64,000 nt of DNA from assembly GCA_037142615.1 (NCBI GenBank), contig JBAXAI010000001.1, forward strand, positions 461,686 through 525,685, written 5' to 3'. The position numbers were made by a program, and so were the translations under genes. Positions 8,635 through 18,515 of this stretch are shown piece after piece (position 1 is the first letter of the stretch; each line of letters starts with the position of its first letter). This DNA is from Spirochaetales bacterium (lineage in GTDB: Bacteria; Spirochaetota; Spirochaetia; JABEVK01). The notes under the pieces were generated by a model. It was not told the DNA's origin, searched no databases, and saw only the letters and a list, made by a program, of their open reading frames with translations.

Positions 8635-9912
8635 ATGAGCGCTCACGAAGACATCTTGCGGCATCTGGAACGCGACTATACCAATCCCATCCGCGACCCG
8701 CTCTGGAAGCACATCTACCTCACCCCGGCGCTCGAGAAGGCGATTCGGACGCCGCCTTTTGTGCGGTTGGGGCGCCTCAAACAGTTGGGTTTGGCCGTCC
8801 AGGTGTATCCGGGGGCCACACACACCCGGGCCAACCACAGTCTGGGAGTGTTTCATCTGGCAAAGCGGATGATCCACTCCATTGTCCTTTCACCGTCGTA
8901 CCCGGGCCACCTGACTCTCGAGGGAGTGAAGGCCTTTCTCTGCGCCTCGCTTTTTCACGACCTGGGGCACTTCCCCTACGCCCATGTGTTGGAAGACGGT
9001 CTGGCCGTGCGCTTCCACGAGGAACTGACCGGACTCGCCCTGCAGGATTCAGAATTGACCTCCGTTCTGAAGCACGAGGTTGCCATCGAACCGGCCTTCT
9101 GTGCGGCTATCGTCGATAAATCGCTCGATTACGCGCCTGGCAAAGACCAGATCAAATTCTTCCGGCGCCTGTTGTCGGGCGTGCTCGACCCCGACAAACT
9201 CGACTATCTGAACCGTGACGCCTACTTTTGCGGTGTTCCCTACGGCATCCAGGATCCAGACTTCATCATTAGCCAAATGATTCCCCACCGCGAACTGGGC
9301 ATCGGCATTCATCCCAAGGGAATTCTCAGCGTTGAGCACCTGCTGTTCTCGAAGTACCTGATGTACAAATCGGTCTACTGGCACAAAGGGGTGCGGTCGC
9401 CGTCGGCGCTCATCAAGAAGGCCCTGACTCTCGCGATCCGTGACGGTGTCTTGTCGCCCGAGGCCCTTTACCACGAAGACGATGCCAGTTTTGCCCCGAA
9501 ACTCGCCGGTTTCGACCACCCGGCGCTGCGCAAGATCGCGGTGGCCGAAACACCCGGAAGCTACGTGACGCTGCACGAACAGCCTTACGACGAGCACGGC
9601 CTGTTCAGCCTTCGCATCAACGACAGCCAGAGCCTCATGGAAACCGAAGACGAGATTCGCCGGGAACTCGAAAAGGAACTCGGCGTTGCGCTTGATCCGG
9701 AAGACATCTCGATCGACGTCCCCCATTCGGTGTCTTTTGAGGTCGACCTTCCCATCCTGCGGGACGGCCGTCAGAAGAACTTCACCGACGCCGGCACTGT
9801 CTTTGACGCCAGCGTCGTTGCCGGGTTCACCACCAACCTCAAGAAGTTGCGCCTGGTGGGCCCCCGTGCCCTGAAAGGAAAACTTCGCCAGCCTGAGCGC
9901 TTCTTCCTCTAG
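8635..9912 (+). CDS. HD-domain phosphohydrolase (SAMHD1/YwfO-like putative dNTP triphosphohydrolase)
   Basis: IRDPLW, RLKQLG..VYPGATHTRANHSLG, HDLGHFPYAH, DPDKLDYLNRD motifs. Confidence 0.88.
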   Translation: MSAHEDILRHLERDYTNPIRDPLWKHIYLTPALEKAIRTPPFVRLGRLKQLGLAVQVYPGATHTRANHSLGVFHLAKRMIHSIVLSPSYPGHLTLEGVKAFLCASLFHDLGHFPYAHVLEDGLAVRFHEELTGLALQDSELTSVLKHEVAIEPAFCAAIVDKSLDYAPGKDQIKFFRRLLSGVLDPDKLDYLNRDAYFCGVPYGIQDPDFIISQMIPHRELGIGIHPKGILSVEHLLFSKYLMYKSVYWHKGVRSPSALIKKALTLAIRDGVLSPEALYHEDDASFAPKLAGFDHPALRKIAVAETPGSYVTLHEQPYDEHGLFSLRINDSQSLMETEDEIRRELEKELGVALDPEDISIDVPHSVSFEVDLPILRDGRQKNFTDAGTVFDASVVAGFTTNLKKLRLVGPRALKGKLRQPERFFL

Positions 9913-9913
9913 C

Positions 9914-9942
9914 TTGCGTGGCCCTTCGATTGAGCCTAGACT
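9914..9942 (+). promoter_or_regulatory. sigma70 promoter (TTGCGT-17-TAGACT)
   Basis: Upstream of GGAGG RBS and ATG9960. Confidence 0.6.
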
Positions 9943-9959
9943 AGGGACAGGAGGCACCG

Positions 9960-10649
9960 ATGCGCGTTCACAATCTGGTCAAGGATCTGGTGGTGCAGAA
10001 GGTCGACGAGATGTTTTCCGACCCGGCTGAACTCAAAGCTGCCCATCTGGACTCCGACGATCAGGGGAGCAAGTTCGACGTCATCTGCTACGTGCTCAAC
10101 CGGATGCCTCCCCATTACGTGGTCTCGGGGCGCGGGATCGCCCATGCCGAGAGCGGCGACTTCCAGGCCAAGGTCCAGAGCCTTGCCGATATGACACGAA
10201 TCACCCGGGAAGGAATGGCGTCGATAGCCAAGCACAAACGGGAGCGCACGGGCTCGTACGAAGTCGGCACCGATGGTCCCTACTTCAACTTTCCCTCGGT
10301 CATCGGCCGCTTGTTCAATGGTGTCAACTTCGAGCCTGTCCACGACATCGACTTGGGCCTCTATCACAACGGAACTCTGGTGAAGGTCATCGACCCCAAT
10401 TGGCAGAATCCGTACCGTCTGGTGCTCAATACGGCAGGAACCTACTTGTTCTGGCCCCATCCTGTCCAAGCACCCGCACTGGGGTCCGAGCAAGCCTTCG
10501 AGTTTGAGCTCCGAACCGACGACCCACGGTTCGAGCCGCTGCACTACTTCTTCACGCTCAACGTTTCCTCCTCGCAGGAGTTCATCGATTTCGTCAACAC
10601 TACGGCTTCGACGCGCCTTAAGGACCTTTACCTCTTTCCCCGTGAATAG
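9960..10649 (+). CDS. ComFB-family protein with C-terminal extension
   Basis: VHNLVKDLV...DVICYVLNRMPPHYVVS ComFB motif. Confidence 0.8.
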   Translation: MRVHNLVKDLVVQKVDEMFSDPAELKAAHLDSDDQGSKFDVICYVLNRMPPHYVVSGRGIAHAESGDFQAKVQSLADMTRITREGMASIAKHKRERTGSYEVGTDGPYFNFPSVIGRLFNGVNFEPVHDIDLGLYHNGTLVKVIDPNWQNPYRLVLNTAGTYLFWPHPVQAPALGSEQAFEFELRTDDPRFEPLHYFFTLNVSSSQEFIDFVNTTASTRLKDLYLFPRE

Positions 10650-13600
10650 AGCATTGCGAGCGTTTCTGGGCCTCATTTTGGTGGCGGCCCTCCTTCCTGC
10701 CCAAGAGGAAGCCCCCGATTACTTTCTCGATCCCACACTGGCGCAAGCCCTGCAGCTGGAGGCCGAAGGGTCGTGGACCAGCCGTCTCGCGTGGGGTGGC
10801 GGTCTGGTCTGGGGTCTGTCGGGCGTGTCGGCGGGAATGCCACCTGGTCTAGAGGCCGGTCTGGTCTTCTCGCAGGTTCCCGACTTATCGGTGACGGCCC
10901 AGCTTCTGGAACGTTACTACCTCAAGGTTGTTTACACGGGCACGGTGGAATCCAACACCTTCGAGGTCGGCTACCACGGTGGTCCCGAAGAATGGCTTCG
11001 TTGGGTTCAGGCTGGAAACACGGCCTTCACGGTTCCTTCCCGCGCCGGGGTAGCGGTGGCCCCGGGTAGGCCAGGTAGCCCTGCTCTCGGCCTGGGCCTG
11101 CAAGGTGACTCGATTTCCCAGGAGTTTCTTCTTCGGTATGAAGATGGTTCACGCGAAGTACGACATTTCCGCGGGTTCGCGCCTGCCGAGGCTTCGGTCG
11201 TGTCGCCCGCCAACTGGATCCGAGGTCGGTTCTTTCAGCTGCCCGCGGGCACCTACCCGTCGTTAAGACTGTGGTTCGAGGACAATCAGCAACCCGACGG
11301 TTACCGGGAGGCAAAAGCCGAAGAGGCGGCCGTGCTCGAATCCGGTTCCATCCGTTTGGAAAAGTCGGCTCAGCTCCGATTGTGGGTTTCGTGGTCCGGC
11401 CACGCTCCTGAGCTGCTCTACGAGCCTGGAAGGAACGCTGTCGCGGAACTGCAGGACCACTATGCCTTGCCGGCCGGCGCGACGGGTCAAGGAAGTGTCG
11501 TCGACAAAGCCACCGGGACCGACAAGGCCGGTTTTGTGGTTACCGCAGAACCGGGGGCCGACTGGTTTGTGGTGCAAGGCCCCGCCGTTCCGCCGTTTCG
11601 CCTGATTTCGGAAGGGCTGTACCCAACTAGCACTACGGGAGTTCCACCGACGCCTGCGGCAGACGTGGATCTTGAGATCCGCTTTCCGGCTGAGATTCCT
11701 TCAAAACCACTTTGGGTCCTCGGTGCCGACGTCGTTCCGTCCAGTGTTCTCGTCACCCGTAACGGCTTTACCGAGACCGAGGTGACCCTTGACCCCTCGA
11801 GCGGAAACTTGACCCCCGATTTCCCCGTCGGCGAGGCCGATCTGGTGACGGTTTCCTTTCAGCGGCAACAGAAGTCGGGCACGTCTCCCGACCTGTTTGC
11901 GTGGCAAGGGGGGCAATGGAAGCCCGAGGCCAACCAGCAGTTGGAATGGAACTCGTCACTGCGCTGGAACACGGTGCGCAACCGCTTTACGCTGACACAG
12001 AATGAGGCCCCTGGCTCAGTTTCAGCACGGACTCGCTGGACAGGAAGTTTGGGCTCCTGGAGTTGGGACTTGTCGCTGCAAGCCCAAGCCCTACTGGCTG
12101 ACAGTACCGCTGGACGTCGTCTTTTGGCCTTCGACCGGGGTGGACCCACCCTGCCCTACAACAGCGACTCGTTGCGGCCCGCCGCCGCCCCAGGCACGGT
12201 CGGATCGCTGGACCTGGGCCAACTCAGTCGCGGTCAGGCGCTCTACCGGGACTACTTCACCTGGGACGCGCTCAGTGGCGCCAATGTTCTGTCAGCCTGG
12301 GGAAAACCCGGGGTGTCAGCCGAAACGTACACCGACGGAGGCCACCTGGGACCCTATCTCGCTCTGGACGAAAAAACGGGTGCCAGACTGGCTGTACTGG
12401 AATCAGCGCTGGGGCCAGGAAAATGGACGGGGATGACCGTCTTCCTTGACAAGGGACGCCCGGTTGACCTCAGCGCAACAACCCGCGTGCGCCTGCCCCT
12501 TCGCCTGCCCTCAGGCTGGCCCGCAGGAGCGCGGTTACTGGTGCAATTCGGAGCCTTGGGAGAAGACTTCGACGGTAGCGGCGAAGTGAAGTCACTCGCC
12601 GCTTCGGCCCCTGCTTCCCTGCCCTTCACCGACGCCGCGCAGGGGTTCCAGCTCTCGTTTCCCCTGCCAGAGACTTCAACTTGGACGAATGACAGCGACG
12701 CTGACGGTGTTGCGCGACGCTCAGGTGCGGTCCTGACCCTCGAGGTGACCGACCAGGTGCCTCCAGATCCAACGGGCGACTTTGTAGTGACCCTTGACTT
12801 GACCGACGCGGAGCGCTTCTTGCTTTCGACAACCACGGCGTGGTCGCTTCTGGTGGTGAACCCGACCTCCGCCGCGATCGCGTCGTTCCCCCTGCTGGCA
12901 GGCCAAGCTCAATTTCCAGCCGCTACTTGGTCCGTAGCATCGGATCCCGGCGTAGCGGTCGGTTCTGTAGTGCAGGCCGTGGACCTGCCCGATGAAGTGC
13001 TTGGCAACCAGAGCCGCCTCGCCTGGTCGGGCCGTTCGTCGTGGACAGCCACAGCGCGATTTTCCGAGTTTATGCCCAGCCAGTATCGAAGCCTTGCGCT
13101 GGAATACCGACTGGAAGCGGCGGCGGCCACCCAGCTTACGGTTTCGATGGGCAACGCTTCCGGGGACTCGTGGCGCGCTTCGTGGCAGGTGCCTGTGGCG
13201 GCTGACGCGACGACTTGGCAAACCGCAAACCTCGACCTTTCGAACGGCAACTTGTCGGTGGGGGGAACAACGGTTCCAGCGACGGTTTGGGCCCCTGGTG
13301 GCACCTGGGACCGAATCAGCGTGAGCCAGAACGGCGTCCCAACGGGTGTTCTGTATTTCCGGCCGCCACAGGCCTCCGACGCGGTATGGGACTACCGCTG
13401 GGGTACCGACGTCCGTGTGGCCTGGAGTCTCGGCGATACTCAATTCCGGTTTCGGGGCCTGGAATCACAGTCGCTGGGCTCGCTCCCAAACTGGAAGGCC
13501 GAGATGCAGGGACAAACGCGTGTCGGTCCAGCTAGTTTCACCGGAGAAGTCACCTTGGACCAATCGCTGGCGGTTCACAGCTTCTACACGGCGGCGCTTT

Positions 13601-14883
13601 CGCTGGCGGTCCCGAACTCCCCGTGGAAGCTGCAAGGGAAGGATTCCTTCGACGACTCGGGGATACGCCGCGAGTCGGCCTTGGTGCAGCTTCCCTGGTT
13701 GGGCACCTGGTCGGCCGAGGGGACTGCCGACAGTTCGCAGCTGCGGCTGGCGAGAACTTACCGTGCCGGCTGGGCCTGGGATGAGGTTCCGCAGTGGACG
13801 GCCACCGCAAACGCGCAGGTGCAACTGGGTTCCTTCCTGGCGGCGCCGAAACTGGAGTGGACCGACCAGTGGCTTCAAAGTTGGTCGTGGATGGTTCCCG
13901 AGACTTCGGTGCAACGGACCACGCTGGAAAAGCTCTCCGGCACTTCGAACGCAGGTTTCGGTCCTGTTTCCCTCAAGACAGAGGGTTTAATTCAAGTTCT
14001 TCAGTGGGAAGGAGATCCTTGGAAGTTCTCGCCGTCGTGGACGACCAAGGCTTCGCTTCCCGTCACGTGGGGAGCCGAGGATTCGCCCTACGTCGTGGAA
14101 CCCCGGGTCTCGTGGGACGGGATGGCGTCTTGGGATCTTGCACAAGGGGACACCGCTGAGCGTTTGCCCTCGTTGGCCTGGACGCGATGGAACGGAGGGC
14201 TTGCCCCGAGTCAACGCCGCGTCAATTCCGCAGCAGGACTCTTGTTCAGCAAAGGGACCTTTCTCGCCCAAGCAGACCTGGGTCAGTCGGTAGGAGTCGA
14301 AGCCCTCCAAGCCTTCGAAGTGACCTCGTTTTCGGGACAGTCCACCGCGAGGTTCGAGAACCTGTTCGGCAGCGCTGGACAATGGCCCGTTTTCCCGGCC
14401 TACCGCACCGACAGCCTGACTTGGACCCTCACGACCCAAGAGAGCTGGGGAACGAGGAGCAGCGACAACGCGGGCCAGGTCCAGGTCGTCCTGCAGCCCG
14501 AGGTGTACCTGACCTCACGTGAAAAACTGGCGCTCGCTGCCAAAGCCGTGTGGCAGTCCTCGGCCACGACGGCCAACCATCTGGAGCTTCAGCCCCAGTG
14601 GAGCTGGACTGGCCCCGCCAATCTGCCGTGGACCCTGCCCGGCTGGATCAGTCCACCTAAGTTCGGGCGGCAGCTCAAGTTTGACACCCGGATGTCGTGG
14701 GACTTCGGGGTTCCCGACGCGACGATACCCCTGCTGCGTCAAGTCGGCGCACGCCACCAAAGCACGCTGACGCTGTCGCCCAAAAGTGAACTTAAGTTAA
14801 CACTGAACCTCAACCAAGCGTGGTCGACGGTGGCTTATGTTGTGGGAGTTCAGGCTGCTCTCGACGTTGTCCTGAGCTTCTGA
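10642..14883 (+). CDS. Giant secreted or outer-membrane protein (SprA-like motifs)
   Basis: GTG start overlapping comFB stop, signal peptide, Trp-rich amphipathic beta strands, C-terminal Phe. Confidence 0.7.
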   Translation: MNRALRAFLGLILVAALLPAQEEAPDYFLDPTLAQALQLEAEGSWTSRLAWGGGLVWGLSGVSAGMPPGLEAGLVFSQVPDLSVTAQLLERYYLKVVYTGTVESNTFEVGYHGGPEEWLRWVQAGNTAFTVPSRAGVAVAPGRPGSPALGLGLQGDSISQEFLLRYEDGSREVRHFRGFAPAEASVVSPANWIRGRFFQLPAGTYPSLRLWFEDNQQPDGYREAKAEEAAVLESGSIRLEKSAQLRLWVSWSGHAPELLYEPGRNAVAELQDHYALPAGATGQGSVVDKATGTDKAGFVVTAEPGADWFVVQGPAVPPFRLISEGLYPTSTTGVPPTPAADVDLEIRFPAEIPSKPLWVLGADVVPSSVLVTRNGFTETEVTLDPSSGNLTPDFPVGEADLVTVSFQRQQKSGTSPDLFAWQGGQWKPEANQQLEWNSSLRWNTVRNRFTLTQNEAPGSVSARTRWTGSLGSWSWDLSLQAQALLADSTAGRRLLAFDRGGPTLPYNSDSLRPAAAPGTVGSLDLGQLSRGQALYRDYFTWDALSGANVLSAWGKPGVSAETYTDGGHLGPYLALDEKTGARLAVLESALGPGKWTGMTVFLDKGRPVDLSATTRVRLPLRLPSGWPAGARLLVQFGALGEDFDGSGEVKSLAASAPASLPFTDAAQGFQLSFPLPETSTWTNDSDADGVARRSGAVLTLEVTDQVPPDPTGDFVVTLDLTDAERFLLSTTTAWSLLVVNPTSAAIASFPLLAGQAQFPAATWSVASDPGVAVGSVVQAVDLPDEVLGNQSRLAWSGRSSWTATARFSEFMPSQYRSLALEYRLEAAAATQLTVSMGNASGDSWRASWQVPVAADATTWQTANLDLSNGNLSVGGTTVPATVWAPGGTWDRISVSQNGVPTGVLYFRPPQASDAVWDYRWGTDVRVAWSLGDTQFRFRGLESQSLGSLPNWKAEMQGQTRVGPASFTGEVTLDQSLAVHSFYTAALSLAVPNSPWKLQGKDSFDDSGIRRESALVQLPWLGTWSAEGTADSSQLRLARTYRAGWAWDEVPQWTATANAQVQLGSFLAAPKLEWTDQWLQSWSWMVPETSVQRTTLEKLSGTSNAGFGPVSLKTEGLIQVLQWEGDPWKFSPSWTTKASLPVTWGAEDSPYVVEPRVSWDGMASWDLAQGDTAERLPSLAWTRWNGGLAPSQRRVNSAAGLLFSKGTFLAQADLGQSVGVEALQAFEVTSFSGQSTARFENLFGSAGQWPVFPAYRTDSLTWTLTTQESWGTRSSDNAGQVQVVLQPEVYLTSREKLALAAKAVWQSSATTANHLELQPQWSWTGPANLPWTLPGWISPPKFGRQLKFDTRMSWDFGVPDATIPLLRQVGARHQSTLTLSPKSELKLTLNLNQAWSTVAYVVGVQAALDVVLSF

Positions 14884-14896
14884 TTGTTGACAAATG

Positions 14897-14905
14897 TGTT
14901 ATACT
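14897..14905 (+). promoter_or_regulatory. Extended -10 promoter TGtTATACT
   Basis: Upstream of AAGGAG RBS of 14925 gene. Confidence 0.5.
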
Positions 14906-14924
14906 AATGGCTGAAGGAGTCATC

Positions 14925-16283
14925 ATGAGTCTGAGAAATCGTGTCTGTGGGGCCTTGAGTGTCCTTGTTCTACTTCTCGGGACAGGGTTGGCAAGTCCGC
15001 TCGCCGCTCAAAGTTCCTCGTTTGGCCTGGCCGGTGGCCTTGGTACAGAAGTGATCGACGGGGTGACGTTCCAAACCCTGTCTATTCTTCCCGACGTTCC
15101 CATCGGGCCTGTTGGGCTCGGTATCGACATGTCGTTCCACTTCCGCTTCTATACGACCGATGCCTTGGGCGTTCAGTCCGAGTTTGGCTTCTACCCGCGC
15201 TGGGAAGATTTCTGGGATACTTCGGCCTCCGTCACCTTTCAGGAGAACTTGTCGAAGTGGACCTCGCGGCTGGCGTACCTGCGCTACGGCAACAAAGGCG
15301 ACCCGATCAACATTGTCGCCGGCGCCTTGCCCTCGGTCACGCTGGGCAACGGTTTCGTGGTCGGCAGCTACAGCAACGCCATGCTCCAACCCGCTCAGAA
15401 GTTCACGGGAATCGTGGCCAATTTCGACGGCTCGCTGTTCCAGTTCCCCTATGTGGGGCTCGAGTCCTTCACTGACAACCTTTCGTCGTTTGACCTGATC
15501 GGTCTGCGTGTGTATGCCAAACCTTTCGGGTTCCTGCTGCCCGATGTTGCGCTACTCAAGGACATGCAAGTCGGCTTCACCGAGGTGATCGACTCCAACC
15601 CCTACATTTACGCCACCACCACGGGAACCGGTTCCGTAGCGGTGACCGGCGTCGACACCAGCCTGACGTTCTTTTCCAATCCCGTCATTTCGGCCAAGGC
15701 TTACGGCGATTTCGCCCTGCAAGGAAGTCATGTTGGTGGGAATGTGGGCATCGGAGGCACGTTGCTGTCGTTTATCAGCTGGGGTGTGCAGAACCGCTTC
15801 CTCGGAGCTGACTTCCTTCCCGACTATTTCGACAAGACCTACGACCTCAGCCGCGACGCTAAGTACGCGATCTACAGCAACACGGGGACGGTGAAGGTCC
15901 CGGCGACGCTGGCTTGGCAGGCCTCGCTCGGTGGCAATTTGTTCGATACCATCAGTTTCGGGGCGGCCTTGGGTGGCCCCTACGGAAACGCCGCCTCTGC
16001 GACCCCAACCAAGTACGAACTGCCCAAGCTCGAGTCCTACCTGAGCGTTGCCGAGAATCCCTTGCTCCCCATCACAGTCGATGCTTACTACAACAAAGAC
16101 AAGCTGACGGGCGTGGGCGATCTGCTGAGTCCCAAAGACGCGGTGATCGGTGCGCGGATCGGTTACAAGATCGGCAATACCACCATTACGATGGTCTACA
16201 GCCTCAAGTACTTGGAAGGTTCGACGTCGGCCACCCCGTGGGAAACGACCTCGAAGCTCGAAACTGCCATCAAGTTGTTCTAG
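14925..16283 (+). CDS. Putative outer-membrane beta-barrel protein (paralog of downstream gene)
   Basis: Signal peptide, beta-strand periodicity, C-terminal KLF. Confidence 0.75.
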   Translation: MSLRNRVCGALSVLVLLLGTGLASPLAAQSSSFGLAGGLGTEVIDGVTFQTLSILPDVPIGPVGLGIDMSFHFRFYTTDALGVQSEFGFYPRWEDFWDTSASVTFQENLSKWTSRLAYLRYGNKGDPINIVAGALPSVTLGNGFVVGSYSNAMLQPAQKFTGIVANFDGSLFQFPYVGLESFTDNLSSFDLIGLRVYAKPFGFLLPDVALLKDMQVGFTEVIDSNPYIYATTTGTGSVAVTGVDTSLTFFSNPVISAKAYGDFALQGSHVGGNVGIGGTLLSFISWGVQNRFLGADFLPDYFDKTYDLSRDAKYAIYSNTGTVKVPATLAWQASLGGNLFDTISFGAALGGPYGNAASATPTKYELPKLESYLSVAENPLLPITVDAYYNKDKLTGVGDLLSPKDAVIGARIGYKIGNTTITMVYSLKYLEGSTSATPWETTSKLETAIKLF

Positions 16284-16295
16284 GAGGAATGAAAA

Positions 16296-18515
16296 ATGAA
16301 GAAATCCCTGACCGTCTTATTGGTCCTGCTGGCATTCCTGCCTGGAGTGCTCACGGCCCAAACCGCCAAGGCCCCGGCCGTCGTGCTGGTGTTTGCCGGC
16401 GACGACCCCAGTCTGATCACAATCAAAGATAGCAACGGCAAGCAGCAGGTGGCCAATGAGGGCCTGAAGATGCAGTCCGGCTGGATCATTACGACCGCTA
16501 AGGGCGGCTCGGCCGAGCTGCAGATCAAGCCCAATGGTTCGATCATCAAGATTGCCTCGAGCACCACGTTCAAGATCAACGACCTGAACGCTGGCGACGG
16601 CAAAACAAAGAACGATTTTGAGATAGCCAGCGGCAAGATCCGCGCGGTGGCCGCCAAGCTTGCAGGGAAGGAAGGCGAACCCGGCTACTCGCTCAAGACG
16701 CCAACCGCCAATTGCGGTGTCCGCGGTACTGACTTCATCATCAACATCGACGGGGCCCAGGAATCGCTGGTCGTCGCAGAGGGTCTGGTGGACTTCACCA
16801 AGGATGCCACCGGCGAACTTCTTCAGGTCGGTGCCGGCCAGATGGCCGATGCCCTTGCTGCCACGTTTAACCTTTTGCCGCTCGACCAGTCGGCCCTCGA
16901 CGCGTTTTTCTCGGATGTCGGCTTCATCAAGCTCGATCCGGCCGTCGTCAACGCGCTGGTCGCCCAGGCTGTTTCTCAGCAGGCCGACGTCGGCGATGTC
17001 AACACCGACAAGGGCAAGACCACCGATACGGGTAAGGCCGAAGCCAAGCCCGCCGAACCGGCCAAGGACGACCCGATTCTCGCTTGGATCAAGAAGGTTC
17101 TCGGTGCCGAGATCGGTTCCGTGACCATCGACGGGCAAACTTGGTCCAAGGCGATCTTGCAGCCAGTGATTGACACCGACGGCTTCCGTCTCGGCCTGTA
17201 TCTCCCCATCATCTACAAGTCCGACATGTTCAATCCCGACGACTGGTACAAGCCCGCCGGCAACAGTGAGTGGTCGTTCGGTACCGACCAGACTGGCTGG
17301 CTCAACATTGGCTTGGACGCGGTCTCTGACCTTGTGCTCAAGATCCGTTTCTTGGAGCTCGGCCGACAGGGCGTCGATCCGTTCTACCTCAAAATTGGTA
17401 ACCTCAACACCATGAGCATCGGTCACGGCACGGTGATGAGCCATTTCGCCAACGACCAGGAGTTCCCCTCGGTCCGCAAGGTTGGCCTCAACGCTGGTGT
17501 GACTCTCGGGCCTATCGGCCTCGAAGGCGTCGCGGACGACCTGGGATCACCTCAAGTTGTCGGCGGACGACTGTCGCTGAATGTGGTCGGAAACTGGGTC
17601 GTGTTTGGTGTGGGCGGCATCGCCGACCTCGCGCTGGTCGATCCCAAGGGTGGAAAGATCGCTGCGGACTATGGCAACCCGATCCTGATCGTCGGTGGCC
17701 TTGACACGCAGTGGATCAACCTTGACATCGGAGTACTCCGTGCCCTGGTGTTCGCTGACGCCAACGTGCTCACCGCTTGGTACCAGAACGCCTACACGGC
17801 GAACGGTGTTACAGTGGCACAGGGTCTTGCTCTGGGAACGGTCATTGACAGCAAGGGAGTCCTGAGGTCCTACGGTGCTGAGGCCGGCGTCACCGGCAAG
17901 ATACTTGGTTTGGTCGACTACCGCCTGGCGTTCCAGCTGGAAAACGGTCTGTACACCAACCAGATTTTCCGGTCGAACTACTACCGCACCAGGGCCGAAA
18001 AACTGACCGCACTCAATTCTTACCTGACCGATACAACCTACGCGGCGACCGTCGACAAACTGTCAACGGTGGGTATCTTTGGTAGCACAGGCTTCAACAT
18101 CCTGAACATCCTTAAGTTCGAAGGCGCCTACCGCTGGCCGATGTCACTCGACTCGACCGGGAAGATTGTGTTCAGTCCTGACGGAACCTTGGCGACAGTG
18201 CAGGACTCGTTGGCCTTCAAGCTCGAAATCCCCAAGGGAGCCCTTCCCGACTTCATCAAGCTGTCGGGAGCCGTGAGCTACGAACGAACCAAGTTTGTCA
18301 GCACGCTGGCTCAGCAGGGAACCAGTCTCAATCTGTTCGACGCCAACACCGTGCTCAAGGGAGAAATCCTGTACGGTGTGGTGCAGGGAGTTGACCTGGC
18401 CATCGGCGTGACGACGCTCGTCAAGCGCAATGCCGACGGCACGGTGGTCTACGAGACGAACGGACAGCCCAAGATTCTGCCCACGATCAACCTGGAAACC
18501 CGCATCGGGTTCTGA
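16296..18515 (+). CDS. FecR-domain protein fused to putative outer-membrane beta-barrel
   Basis: Signal peptide; FecR motif SGKIRA...KTPTANCGVRGTDF; C-terminal RIGF; GGAGG RBS. Confidence 0.8.
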   Translation: MKKSLTVLLVLLAFLPGVLTAQTAKAPAVVLVFAGDDPSLITIKDSNGKQQVANEGLKMQSGWIITTAKGGSAELQIKPNGSIIKIASSTTFKINDLNAGDGKTKNDFEIASGKIRAVAAKLAGKEGEPGYSLKTPTANCGVRGTDFIINIDGAQESLVVAEGLVDFTKDATGELLQVGAGQMADALAATFNLLPLDQSALDAFFSDVGFIKLDPAVVNALVAQAVSQQADVGDVNTDKGKTTDTGKAEAKPAEPAKDDPILAWIKKVLGAEIGSVTIDGQTWSKAILQPVIDTDGFRLGLYLPIIYKSDMFNPDDWYKPAGNSEWSFGTDQTGWLNIGLDAVSDLVLKIRFLELGRQGVDPFYLKIGNLNTMSIGHGTVMSHFANDQEFPSVRKVGLNAGVTLGPIGLEGVADDLGSPQVVGGRLSLNVVGNWVVFGVGGIADLALVDPKGGKIAADYGNPILIVGGLDTQWINLDIGVLRALVFADANVLTAWYQNAYTANGVTVAQGLALGTVIDSKGVLRSYGAEAGVTGKILGLVDYRLAFQLENGLYTNQIFRSNYYRTRAEKLTALNSYLTDTTYAATVDKLSTVGIFGSTGFNILNILKFEGAYRWPMSLDSTGKIVFSPDGTLATVQDSLAFKLEIPKGALPDFIKLSGAVSYERTKFVSTLAQQGTSLNLFDANTVLKGEILYGVVQGVDLAIGVTTLVKRNADGTVVYETNGQPKILPTINLETRIGF

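Noticed and set aside
8635-9912. HD protein as an antiphage dGTPase in a defence island
   Set aside because: Housekeeping-like context with no other defence genes and no visible compositional shift
14887-14892. TTGACA as the -35 for TATACT at 14900
   Set aside because: Spacer is only 7 nt; an extended -10 explains the site better
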